From an uncultured Candidatus Rokubacteria bacterium (GTDB lineage Bacteria > Methylomirabilota > Methylomirabilia > Rokubacteriales > CSP1-6): a DNA stretch of 64,000 bases. Of this stretch, positions 1 through 8,542 are shown piece after piece; positions within the stretch are counted from its first letter, which is position 1; every line of letters starts with the position of its first letter. The position numbers were made by a program, and so were the translations under genes. Location of the stretch: positions 128,001 through 192,000 of the forward strand of contig CAVXJS010000007.1 in NCBI GenBank assembly GCA_963762145.1. The letters are read 5' to 3'. The notes under the pieces are model-generated. The model had not been told where the DNA came from. It ran no database searches and saw only the letters and a list, made by a program, of their open reading frames with translations.

Positions 1-495
1 GCCCTGATCGAGGTGCATCATGCCGGAGGCCGCGTTGATGATGTGCGCGAAGGCCTGTCGCTCGCGCCACGGGCCGGTCTGGCCGAAGCCCGAGATCGAG
101 CAATAGACGAGGTCGGGCTTGATCGCGGCCATCGCGGGATAGCCCAGCCCGAGCTTCTCGACGACGCCGGGGGCGAAGTTCTCGACGAACACATCGGCGA
201 CCCGGCAGAGATCGGCCACGACCCCGCGACCCTGGGGGTGGCTCAGGTCCACCGCCACGCTTTCCTTGCCCACGTTGATTCGGATGAAGTAGGTGGACTG
301 GTCGGTGCGGCCGGGCTCGAGCTGGAGGTGGTTCTTCCGCATGTCGTCGCCCTCGCCGGGCCGCTCGATCTTGACCACGCGCGCGCCCAGGTCGGCGAGG
401 AGGCGCGTGCAGTACGGGCCGGCGAGCACGCGGGTGAGATCGAGGACGACAAGATCAGACAGGGGCAGATCAGACAGCGGGCCGGGCTCGCGCAC
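1..495 (-). CDS. CaiB/BaiF family CoA-transferase (C-terminal part lies outside the window)
   Basis: Read manually on the minus strand from GTG at 495: ..PLSDLVVLDLTRVLAGPYCTRLLADLGARVVKIERPGEGDDMR, the class III CoA-transferase N-terminal signature. Not in the ORF track because it runs off the edge. Confidence 0.9.
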   Translation of the reverse strand, partial: MREPGPLSDLPLSDLVVLDLTRVLAGPYCTRLLADLGARVVKIERPGEGDDMRKNHLQLEPGRTDQSTYFIRINVGKESVAVDLSHPQGRGVVADLCRVADVFVENFAPGVVEKLGLGYPAMAAIKPDLVYCSISGFGQTGPWRERQAFAHIINAASGMMHLDQG

Positions 496-551
496 CGGGC
501 GAGTATAGCGCGCCGATTGACGGGGCGCACCTGCCCCCCTAGACTCGGCGC

Positions 552-1346
552 ATGCGACGCAATCGACTCCGGGAGCTGCTGCGGGAGGGACGGCCCACGC
601 TGGGCACGCACATCCATTCGGCGTGGCCGGCGGTGGTGGAGCTGGCGGGGCACGCGGGGGTCTTCGACTACGTGGAGTTCGCGGGCGAGTACGCGCCCTA
701 CGACCTCTTCGCGCTGGAGAACCTCGGGCGGGCGGTGAACACCTTCGATCACATGTCGGCGATGTTCAAGGTCGAGCAGCAGCCCCGCACCTATCTCGCG
801 GTGCGCGCGATCGGCTCGGGCATCCAGAACGTGCTCTTCGCCGACCCGCGCACCCCCGACGACGTGCGCGAGTGCGTGCGCAGCGTGCGCGCGGAGACGC
901 CCGCGACGGGCGGGATCCACGGGGTGGGCATGCGCCGCGACGTGGGCTACGTGATGGACGTGGGCTCGCCGGCCTTCGTGCAGGCCCTCGAGGACGCGGT
1001 GGTGGCGGTGATGATCGAGAAGGCCTCCGCGGTCGAAAACCTGGAGGCGATGCTGTCGGTGAAGGGGGTGGACATGGTGCAGTTCGGCCCCGCCGACTAC
1101 TCGATGAGCATCGGCCTGCCCGGACAGTGGAATCATCCGCGCGTGATCGAGGCCGAGCGGCACGTGATCAAGACCGCGCTCCGGCTCGGCATCGCCCCCC
1201 GCGCGGAGATCTCGCATCCGAGCGAGGCCAAGGCCTATCTCGACCAGGGCGTCCGGCACTTCTGCATGGGCTGGGACGTCAGCGTGCTGTTCGACTACTT
1301 CAAGGCCGAGGGCGGCGCCCTGCGCGACATGCTGGGCGCGGGCTAG
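552..1346 (+). CDS. HpcH/HpaI aldolase family protein
   Basis: N-terminal N.L...L..G.P.LG, FDYVEFAGEY, VMIE and GVDMVQFGPADYS motifs; typical codon usage. Confidence 0.85.
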   Translation: MRRNRLRELLREGRPTLGTHIHSAWPAVVELAGHAGVFDYVEFAGEYAPYDLFALENLGRAVNTFDHMSAMFKVEQQPRTYLAVRAIGSGIQNVLFADPRTPDDVRECVRSVRAETPATGGIHGVGMRRDVGYVMDVGSPAFVQALEDAVVAVMIEKASAVENLEAMLSVKGVDMVQFGPADYSMSIGLPGQWNHPRVIEAERHVIKTALRLGIAPRAEISHPSEAKAYLDQGVRHFCMGWDVSVLFDYFKAEGGALRDMLGAG

Positions 1347-1363
1347 CCCGCGGGCCGCCGCCC

Positions 1364-3670
1364 ATGGCGCCCCGTCCGGCGCGCCCCGCGGCCGCCGGGC
1401 TCCTCCTCTCGCTGCTGCTCGTCGGCATCCTGGTCGGGTGCCGGGAGCGGTCCGCCGCGGACGCGCCGATCACGCTGGTCTTCAAGCACGCCAAGATCCT
1501 GGGGCCCGCCGATCCGGTGCCCGGCCTGCTGCGGCGCTTCGAGGCCGAGCACCCGGGCGTCCGCGTGCAGAGCGAGGCGCTCACCTGGAGCTCGGACGAG
1601 CAGCATCAGTTCTACGTGATCAACCTCGAGGGTGGCAGCCCGCCCTTCGACGTGATGATGCTCGACGTCATCTGGGTCCCCGAGTTCGCGCGCGCGGGCT
1701 GGATCCTGGATCTCACTCCGTCGGTGACCCCGGCCGAGCGCGACGCGCACTTCCCGTCCGCGATCGAGCCCGCGATGCAGAACGGCCGTCTCTGGGCCCT
1801 CCCGTGGTTCATGAACGTGGGCCTCCTCTACTATCGCGCCGACCTGCTCGCGAAGTACGGCGTCGGGCCGCCCGAGACGTACGACGAGCTGATCGAGCAG
1901 GTGCGGCGGATCCGGGCGGGGGAGCGCGATCCGAAGCTCGACGGCTATCTCTGGCAGGGCAAGCAGTACGAAGGCGGCATGGTCAACGTGCTCGAAGCGC
2001 TCTGGGCCAACGGGGCGCGGCTCCTCGACGAGGCGGGCCGATCCTTCCCCGAGCCCGAGCGCGCGCGCGAGTCGCTCGCCTTCCTGCGCGGCCTCATCGA
2101 GAGCGGGGTGAGCCCGGCCTGGGTCACCGCGGCGGACGAGGAGCTGACGCGTCGGCCATTCGGCGACGGTCGCGCGATCTTCCTGCGGGGCTGGCCCTAC
2201 GCGCTCGACCTCTTCGAGCTGCCGGACTCGCGCGTGCGGGGCAAGGTGGGCGTCGCCCCGATCCCGCGCCTGCGCCACGGCCCGGTCGGCGCCGCCTCCA
2301 CCGGCGGCGCGCACCTCGCGGTGAGCGCGCGCACGCGGCACCGGGACCTGGCGGTGGCGCTCGCGCGCTTTCTCACCGGCGAGGACGCCCAGCGTGCCAT
2401 GACCGAGGGCGCCGCGCTCCGGCCCTCGCGCCCCGCGCTCTACCGCGACGCGGCCCTGATCGCGCGGGACCCGAGCCTGCCCGCGCTGTACGGGCTGATG
2501 CTCCGCGGCCACCCGCGCCCCATCACGCCGTACTACCTGATGCTGTCCACCACGCTCCAGCCCGAGTTCTCCGCGGTCCTGGTCGGCCGCAAGACGCCCG
2601 AGCGCGCGATGCGCGACGCCGCCGCCCAGATCGAGCACCTCCTCCGCTCGGTCCAGCCGGATGCCGGAGCATCCGGCCAAGCGCCGGTGGCCGCGCCGCG
2701 GGTTCCCGAGCCGCGGGTTCAGGACGCCCCGATGAGCCCGCAGGGCGAAGAGGCCAAACCGCAGCGCGACCTCATCCACGCACCCCCGCTAAGAAAGAGT
2801 CCCGGTCGCGACACCGCCGACCGTCGCCTGGCGTGGATTCTCCTCAGCCCGGCCCTCCTGGTCTTGGGCACGCTCACGCTCTATCCCGCGCTCTGGGTGC
2901 TGTGGCTCGCGCTCCAGTACCGGGTCCCGGTGTTCGGCATCTCGCGCTGGGCCGGGCTCGAGCACTTCGCGTTCCTCGCGGTGGACACGCGCTTCTGGAA
3001 CGCGGCGTGGGTCACCGGGGTGTTCACGGTGACCTCGGTCGCGCTGGAGGGCGCCCTGGGCCTCGCCATCGCGGTGGCGCTGCGGGGGCAGCGCGGCGGC
3101 CGGCGCATCGCGCTCGCGCTCCTGCTCCTGGCCTGGGCGCTCCCATCGGTGGTGACCGCCAAGATGTTCGAGTGGCTCTATCACCCCGCGGGCGGGCTCG
3201 TGAACTTCGTGCTGGGCGGCCGGGTTATCAACTGGCTCGGCGATCCGGCCCTGGCCCTGCCGTCGCTGATCCTGGCCGACGTCTGGCGCGCCACCCCGTT
3301 CGTGGCCCTGCTCTGCTACGCGCGTCTCCTCACCATCCCGCCCGATCTCTACGAAGCCGCCGAGGTCGACGGCGCGGCGGGCCTGCAGGCTTTCACGCGC
3401 ATCACGTGGCCGCTCGTGCGGCCCATCCTCCTGGTGACCCTGCTGTTCCGGACGCTCGACGCGATCCGCGCCTTCGACATCATGTTCGTGCTGACGGGTG
3501 GCGGGCCGGCGGGCAGCACCGAGTCGCTCACGGTCTACGCCTATCGCGCTCTGTTCCAGACGCTGCAGGTCGGTTTCGGCTCCGCCATCGGCGTCGTGGT
3601 CTTCGCGCTCGTGATGGTCGTCGCGGCCCTGTACCTGCGCCTGATCGGCCGCCAGGAGCAGCCCGCGTGA
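1364..3670 (+). CDS. Carbohydrate ABC substrate-binding lipoprotein fused in frame to a MalF-type permease
   Basis: ATG 1364, lipobox LVGC, SBP motifs (DVMMLDVIW, ALPWF, PETYDEL), then TM helices with EAA loop (LYEAAEVDGA); no stop between the two parts. Confidence 0.8.
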   Translation: MAPRPARPAAAGLLLSLLLVGILVGCRERSAADAPITLVFKHAKILGPADPVPGLLRRFEAEHPGVRVQSEALTWSSDEQHQFYVINLEGGSPPFDVMMLDVIWVPEFARAGWILDLTPSVTPAERDAHFPSAIEPAMQNGRLWALPWFMNVGLLYYRADLLAKYGVGPPETYDELIEQVRRIRAGERDPKLDGYLWQGKQYEGGMVNVLEALWANGARLLDEAGRSFPEPERARESLAFLRGLIESGVSPAWVTAADEELTRRPFGDGRAIFLRGWPYALDLFELPDSRVRGKVGVAPIPRLRHGPVGAASTGGAHLAVSARTRHRDLAVALARFLTGEDAQRAMTEGAALRPSRPALYRDAALIARDPSLPALYGLMLRGHPRPITPYYLMLSTTLQPEFSAVLVGRKTPERAMRDAAAQIEHLLRSVQPDAGASGQAPVAAPRVPEPRVQDAPMSPQGEEAKPQRDLIHAPPLRKSPGRDTADRRLAWILLSPALLVLGTLTLYPALWVLWLALQYRVPVFGISRWAGLEHFAFLAVDTRFWNAAWVTGVFTVTSVALEGALGLAIAVALRGQRGGRRIALALLLLAWALPSVVTAKMFEWLYHPAGGLVNFVLGGRVINWLGDPALALPSLILADVWRATPFVALLCYARLLTIPPDLYEAAEVDGAAGLQAFTRITWPLVRPILLVTLLFRTLDAIRAFDIMFVLTGGGPAGSTESLTVYAYRALFQTLQVGFGSAIGVVVFALVMVVAALYLRLIGRQEQPA

Positions 3671-4482
3671 GAACGGGCCGGCTGCGCGACGGCCTGGTGC
3701 TGCTGGCCCTGGCGCTCTACGCGTCGCCCTTTTTCTGGCAGGCGCTGACCTCGGTGCGGCCCGACGCCGAGCTGCTGCCCTTGACCCGGCTCCTGCCGAG
3801 CCATCTCACGTGGGCGCACTACGACGTGGTGTTCCGCCAGAGCCTGATGCCGCGCGCGCTCGTGAACAGCCTGGGCATCGCGCTCCTCAGCACGCTGCTC
3901 GCGGTGGGGCTCGGGGCGCTGGCCGCCTACGCCCTCGCGCGGCTGCCGGTGCGGGGCCGCGACGTGATCCTCCTGGGCATGATCGCGGCCACCGCGTTTC
4001 CCCAGATCGCCACCGTGAGCCCGCTCTATCTCCTGATGCGCGCGCTCGGCCTGCGCGACACCTGGCTGGCGCTCGTCCTCGCGAACGGCTCGTTCGCGCT
4101 GCCGCTGGTGATCTGGCTGCTCACCGGCTTCATCCGGGAGATCCCCCGCGCGCTCGAGGAGGCGGCCGCGACGGATGGCGCCGGCCGCCTGGCAATTCTC
4201 AGGTGGGTGGTGCTCCCGCTGGTGGCGCCGGGCATGGCCTCGGCCGCGCTGCTCGCGTTCCTCTTCTCGTGGAACGAGTTCCTGTTCGCCTACAGCTTCA
4301 CCGCCACCGAGGCCAGCCGCACGGTGCCGGTGGCGCTGGCGCTCTTTCCCGGTGTCTTCGAGGTGCCGTGGGGCGATATCGCGGCCGCCTCGCTGCTGGC
4401 GAGCCTGCCGCCGATCCTGATCGTGGTGGGCTTCCAGCGCTACCTGGTCCGCGGTCTCCTGGCCGGGGCCCTCCGCGAGTAG
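3667..4482 (+). CDS. Carbohydrate ABC permease (MalG-type)
   Basis: GTG overlapping the upstream TGA; EAA loop LEEAAATDGA; SWNEFLFA motif. Confidence 0.9.
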   Translation: MRTGRLRDGLVLLALALYASPFFWQALTSVRPDAELLPLTRLLPSHLTWAHYDVVFRQSLMPRALVNSLGIALLSTLLAVGLGALAAYALARLPVRGRDVILLGMIAATAFPQIATVSPLYLLMRALGLRDTWLALVLANGSFALPLVIWLLTGFIREIPRALEEAAATDGAGRLAILRWVVLPLVAPGMASAALLAFLFSWNEFLFAYSFTATEASRTVPVALALFPGVFEVPWGDIAAASLLASLPPILIVVGFQRYLVRGLLAGALRE

Positions 4483-4488
4483 AACGCA

Positions 4489-4523
4489 CCCCTCACCCTG
4501 CCCTCTCCCCGAAGGGGAGGGGG
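4489..4523. repeat. BoxC-like palindromic element (CCCCTCACCCxGCCCTCTCCCC...GGGGAGxGGG)
   Basis: Same motif recurs at 6183, 8452, 57487 and 59700; lies between convergent genes. Confidence 0.85.
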
Positions 4524-4525
4524 TT

Positions 4526-5023
4526 CTAGGGCTCGGTCACCAGCCCCGGCGTGACCGTCGCGCCCGGTAGCGCGCGGAATACCTCGGGCGAGATCTTGAC
4601 CTTCAGCGAGCGGCTGCCGCCGCCCAGGATGATCCAGGGCAGGGGCATCAGCCCCTCGTCCACGTAGATCGGCAGATCGGCGGGCAGGGCGAACACGGTG
4701 ACGCCGCCCAGCATCATGCCGGTGAGCGCGCGCGTCTCCTCCGGGTCGGCGAACGAGAGGCGGGAGACGCCCAGCAGCTTCCGCACCGTGTGGTTGACGT
4801 CCACCCGTCGGGTGGCGCGAACCACGCACGCGCAGTACCGCTTCGGCTCCTTCTTCGAGCCGACGATGATGGTGTTGGCCGACTGCTCGGCCGGGTAGCC
4901 GTACTGCGCGCAGAACGCGGCGGTGTCGGCGTACTGGGGGTCGATCTCGACCATCTCGTGGGCGAGGCCGAGCCCACCGAGGACCTGGCGTACCCGCTGC
5001 TCGATCTCGTCCGGGGTGATCAC
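4526..5023 (-). CDS. YbaK/EbsC (aminoacyl-tRNA editing domain) family protein
   Basis: LSFA...TG...GGVTVF and GGGSRS motifs; 165 aa. Confidence 0.85.
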   Translation of the reverse strand: MITPDEIEQRVRQVLGGLGLAHEMVEIDPQYADTAAFCAQYGYPAEQSANTIIVGSKKEPKRYCACVVRATRRVDVNHTVRKLLGVSRLSFADPEETRALTGMMLGGVTVFALPADLPIYVDEGLMPLPWIILGGGSRSLKVKISPEVFRALPGATVTPGLVTEP

Positions 5024-5147
5024 GGAGACCTCCTGTCGGAATGTGGATTCGCGCGGCGCGCCGCGCGGCGCGCTTCATTGTACAATCACCCGTCCACGCT
5101 TCCGCTTCCTCACGACGATCCGGCGGCGCCGCCGGAGGAGACCCGCG

Positions 5148-5942
5148 ATGAGCACCGATCTGATCGAGCAGGTGAAGGACGGAGTGGCCGTGCTGACCCT
5201 CAATCGCCCGGATCGGCTGAACGCGATGTCGCGGCCGATGCTCGACGCGCTGCTGGAGGCGCTGCCGCGGCTGGCCGAGGATCCGGCGGTCGGGGTGATC
5301 GTGCTCACCGGGGCCGGACGCGGCTTCTGCGCGGGCGGCGACGTCAAGGCGATGGCGGAGGGCAACGAGCTGGGCGGCCAGACGATGGAGGATCGCGCCC
5401 AGGCGCTGCGCTCGCGCATGGAGACCTCGCGCTGGCTGCACGAGATGCCCAAGCCCACCATCGCGATGCTGCGCGGACCGGCCGCGGGCGCCGGTCTCTC
5501 CCTGGCGATGGCGTGCGACATGCGCATCGCGAGCGACACCGTGAAGCTCGGCACCGCCTTCGCGCGCGTGGGGTACTCGGGCGACTTCGGCGGCAGCTAC
5601 TACCTGACCCAGCTCGTGGGCACCGCCAAGGCGCGCGAGCTCTACTTCACGGCGGACCTGCTCGACGCGCAGCAGGCGCTCGGCCTGGGGCTGGTGAACC
5701 GGGTGGTGCCCGACGCGCGCCTCGAGGAGGAAACCATGGCGCTCGCCTCGCGCCTGGCCCGCGGCCCGCGGGTGGCCTATCGCTACATGAAGCGCAACAT
5801 GAACGCGGCGGAGACCGCGTCCCTCAAGGACATGCTCGACCTCGAGGCCTGGAACCACACGCGGACCGGCATGACCGAGGACCACCGCGAGGCCGCCCGC
5901 GCCTTCGTCGAGAAGCGCGAGCCGCAATTCAAGGGAATGTAG
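5148..5942 (+). CDS. Enoyl-CoA hydratase/isomerase
   Basis: LTLNRPDRLNA, FCAGGDV and GPAAGAG motifs; GGAGGAG RBS upstream of ATG 5148. Confidence 0.92.
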   Translation: MSTDLIEQVKDGVAVLTLNRPDRLNAMSRPMLDALLEALPRLAEDPAVGVIVLTGAGRGFCAGGDVKAMAEGNELGGQTMEDRAQALRSRMETSRWLHEMPKPTIAMLRGPAAGAGLSLAMACDMRIASDTVKLGTAFARVGYSGDFGGSYYLTQLVGTAKARELYFTADLLDAQQALGLGLVNRVVPDARLEEETMALASRLARGPRVAYRYMKRNMNAAETASLKDMLDLEAWNHTRTGMTEDHREAARAFVEKREPQFKGM

Positions 5943-6170
5943 GGCGAGCCGCAGCCGAAGGCGAGGCGAGCGAATACAAGAAATCAGAGCGGGTTGCCCT
6001 ATCGCCAGGCCGAGATAGGCGAGCCGAAGGCGAGGCGAGCGAATACAAGAAATCAGAGCGGGTTGCCCTATCGGCAGGCCGAGATAGGCGAGCCGAAGGC
6101 GAGGCGAGCGAATACAAGAAATCAGAGCGGGTTGCCCTATCGGCAGGCCGAGATAGGCGAGCCGCAGCCG
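5943..6170. repeat. Intergenic tandem repeat, about 3 copies of a 69-bp hairpin-containing unit
   Basis: GAATACAAGAAATCAGAGCGGGTTGCCCTATC recurs at 5972, 6041 and 6110 (period 69). Confidence 0.95.
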
Positions 6171-6182
6171 AGAGGAGAGGAG

Positions 6183-6264
6183 CCCCTCACCCCGGCCCTC
6201 TCCCCAGAGGGGAGAGGGAGATCGGTCCCTCGCCCCCGGAGGGGGAGAGGGCCGGGTGAGGGGG
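6183..6264. repeat. BoxC-like element, inverted dimer
   Basis: CCCCTCACCCCGGCCCTCTCCCC...GGGGAGAGGG followed by an inverted copy ending GGGTGAGGGGG. Confidence 0.9.
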
Positions 6265-6912
6265 CGCGTCGCCCACGCGCCACGCGAGGTAGAGCACGCC
6301 GGCCAAGAGCCCGGCGACCACCGCGAGCGTCGCGTACGTCGAGACCTGCGCGAACAGGGTGAGCGTGGTGCTCGAGAGGCCGACGAAGGCCAGGCCCACG
6401 ACCGGGATCACCGGCGCGCCGCAGCCCATGACGGTGCAGCCGCCGGTGGCCAGCCCGCACACGCTCCCCATGGCGCCGAGCATGCCGCCCGTCCCGCCCG
6501 CCCGCATCCGCGGGCCCGCCACCCCGGCGCCGGCGCGCCGGTGCGCCCAGAGCGCGAAGTAGGCGCCGATCAGCGCGGCCATGAGGATGAAGCGGGCGAG
6601 ATCGGCGGTGGTCACCGCGAAGCCCCAGTCGATGCCGAAGACGCCGTTGGCGGAGAACCAGAAGAGGGCCAGCTCCCAGGCCCGGCCCAGCCGCTCCCCG
6701 AGCGGGCCCTTGCCCGAGGCCAGGTAGCCCGGCAGGTTCCCGAGCCAGGGATTGACGGTGAAGTAGTCCACCGGAACGCGGGCCATCGACAGGACCGCGA
6801 CCGGCACAAGGACGTCCAGCACCAGGACCCCGGCGGCCACGCCGACGAAGAGGCCGGGCCGCGCGCGCAACGCCCGCCCGATTCCCGTCAGGATCCGCCT
6901 CGCCCCGCCCAT
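6187..6912 (-). CDS. Hypothetical membrane protein with a C-x6-C-x4-C motif
   Basis: ATG 6912; several hydrophobic segments; SVCGLATGGCTVMGCGAP; C-terminus and stop are encoded by the BoxC-like repeat. Confidence 0.7.
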   Translation of the reverse strand: MGGARRILTGIGRALRARPGLFVGVAAGVLVLDVLVPVAVLSMARVPVDYFTVNPWLGNLPGYLASGKGPLGERLGRAWELALFWFSANGVFGIDWGFAVTTADLARFILMAALIGAYFALWAHRRAGAGVAGPRMRAGGTGGMLGAMGSVCGLATGGCTVMGCGAPVIPVVGLAFVGLSSTTLTLFAQVSTYATLAVVAGLLAGVLYLAWRVGDAPPHPALSPSGGEGPISLSPLGRGPG

Positions 6913-7051
6913 GCCCGCCCCCGGGCCGATTATAGCCGCAGCGCGAGATCCTTGCGGTTGCCTCGGCGGCTGGGGCAGTATGGCGGCGGATGTTCCGTCC
7001 GCGCCCTGCCCGACTGTCCTTAACCGGCCTCTCCATGAGGAGGGAGCACAC

Positions 7052-8437
7052 ATGACGCAAGAGGTGAGCCGTCGAGATTTCCTGGCCCGTCTGGGCGTGA
7101 CCGTCGGCACCGCCGCCGCCGGGGCCGCCACCGCGGCCGGCGTGCCCCTGGCCGCCGTCCCGCTGATCTCGCAAGCGCACGCGCAGCCCAAGGGCAACGT
7201 TCCGGATACCCCGTACAAGATCGCCCACATGACGTTCTTCACGGGCGCGGGGGCGGTGCTGGGCGAGCCCTCCTTCAAGGGCCACACGCTCGCCGCCGAG
7301 GAGATCAACGCGCAGGGCGGCCTGCTCGGCAAGCGGAAGATCGAGACGCTCAAGGCCGACGAGAACGCGGGCACCGACGCCAACGTGAAGGAGATGCGAC
7401 GGCTCAAGCTGTCGGAGAAGGTGGACCTCTTCACCGGGGTCATCTCGAGCGGCAACACGCCCGCCCTCGGCCCGGTGGCCGAGGAGCTCAAGATGCTCAC
7501 GATCTTCGTGGACGGCTGCACCGACTTCCTGTTCGACAAGGCGGTGCCGAATCCGCACTACATCTTCCGCATCACCAACATCCAGTCGGCCGACGGCGTG
7601 ACGTGCGCGGTGGCGACCGCGATGACGTGGGGCAAGCAGATCAAGCGCATCGCCCACATCCATCCCGACTACTCCTACGGCCGCAATGCCTTCGACCACT
7701 TCAACATCGTGATGAAGAAGATGGTGCCGGGGTCGCAGGTGGTGTCGGAGGGCTGGCCCAAGCTCGGCACCACCGACTTCACCTCGCACATCACCAAGGC
7801 CATCTCGTCGAAGCCCGACCTCCTGGTGTCCTCGGTGTGGGGCGGCGACTACGTGGCGATGTACAAGCAGGCGCTCCGCTACGACATGTTCAAGAAGATG
7901 AAGTTCGCGTCCACCATCGCGTTCGGGGTGGCCCCGCACGCGATCGGCAAGGACCATCCCGAGGGCGCGATCGCGGGCGTGCACTCCAACTACTACTTCA
8001 ACTATCCGCCGAACGACCGCTGGCCGCTCAACACCCAGTTCGTGAAGAAGTACTTCGACCGCTGGAAGGAGTACCCGAACTTCCAGTCGGAGGGCGCCTA
8101 CTCCACGCTGTACATGCTCAAGACCGCGGTCGAGAAGGCCAACAAGCTGATGGGCGGCTGGCCGGACGACGACGCGATCATCAGCCAGCTCGAGGGCGCG
8201 ATGCACGCGGGACCCGCCGGCTACGTCTATATCCGGCCCGACACGCACCAGGGCTACAAGGACGCCATGACCGGCTTCAGCATGAACTCGCCCGACTATC
8301 CGTTCCAGATCCTGGATCCGAGCCGGATCATCACGATCCCGATCCGGAACATCACGGCGCCGCCCGGCTGGCCGAAGGGGGAGCCGACCTCCACCTACAC
8401 CTGGATCGACAAGACCTGGCCGCAGATGAAGGCCTAG
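7052..8437 (+). CDS. LIV-type ABC substrate-binding protein with Tat signal
   Basis: SRRDFL twin-arginine motif, AHA cleavage site, AEEINAQGGLLG, DYSYG; GAGGAGGGAG RBS. Confidence 0.92.
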   Translation: MTQEVSRRDFLARLGVTVGTAAAGAATAAGVPLAAVPLISQAHAQPKGNVPDTPYKIAHMTFFTGAGAVLGEPSFKGHTLAAEEINAQGGLLGKRKIETLKADENAGTDANVKEMRRLKLSEKVDLFTGVISSGNTPALGPVAEELKMLTIFVDGCTDFLFDKAVPNPHYIFRITNIQSADGVTCAVATAMTWGKQIKRIAHIHPDYSYGRNAFDHFNIVMKKMVPGSQVVSEGWPKLGTTDFTSHITKAISSKPDLLVSSVWGGDYVAMYKQALRYDMFKKMKFASTIAFGVAPHAIGKDHPEGAIAGVHSNYYFNYPPNDRWPLNTQFVKKYFDRWKEYPNFQSEGAYSTLYMLKTAVEKANKLMGGWPDDDAIISQLEGAMHAGPAGYVYIRPDTHQGYKDAMTGFSMNSPDYPFQILDPSRIITIPIRNITAPPGWPKGEPTSTYTWIDKTWPQMKA

Positions 8438-8451
8438 GTCACACGGGTACT

Positions 8452-8537
8452 CCCCCTCACCCCGCCCTCTCCCCCTCACGGGGGAGAGGGAGTCGATGCC
8501 CCCTCTCCCCACCGGGGAGAGGGCCGGGGTGAGGGGG
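8452..8537. repeat. BoxC-like element, inverted dimer
   Basis: CCCCCTCACCCCGCCCTCTCCCC...GGGGAGAGGG plus an inverted copy, intergenic within the operon. Confidence 0.9.
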
Positions 8538-8542
8538 CTCGC

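Noticed and set aside
451-480. 15-bp duplication (PLSDL twice) at the CoA-transferase N-terminus
   Set aside because: Real, but a trivial slippage duplication with no sign of function.
5943-6170. CRISPR array
   Set aside because: The units are near-identical over their whole length, there are no unique spacers, and no cas genes are present.
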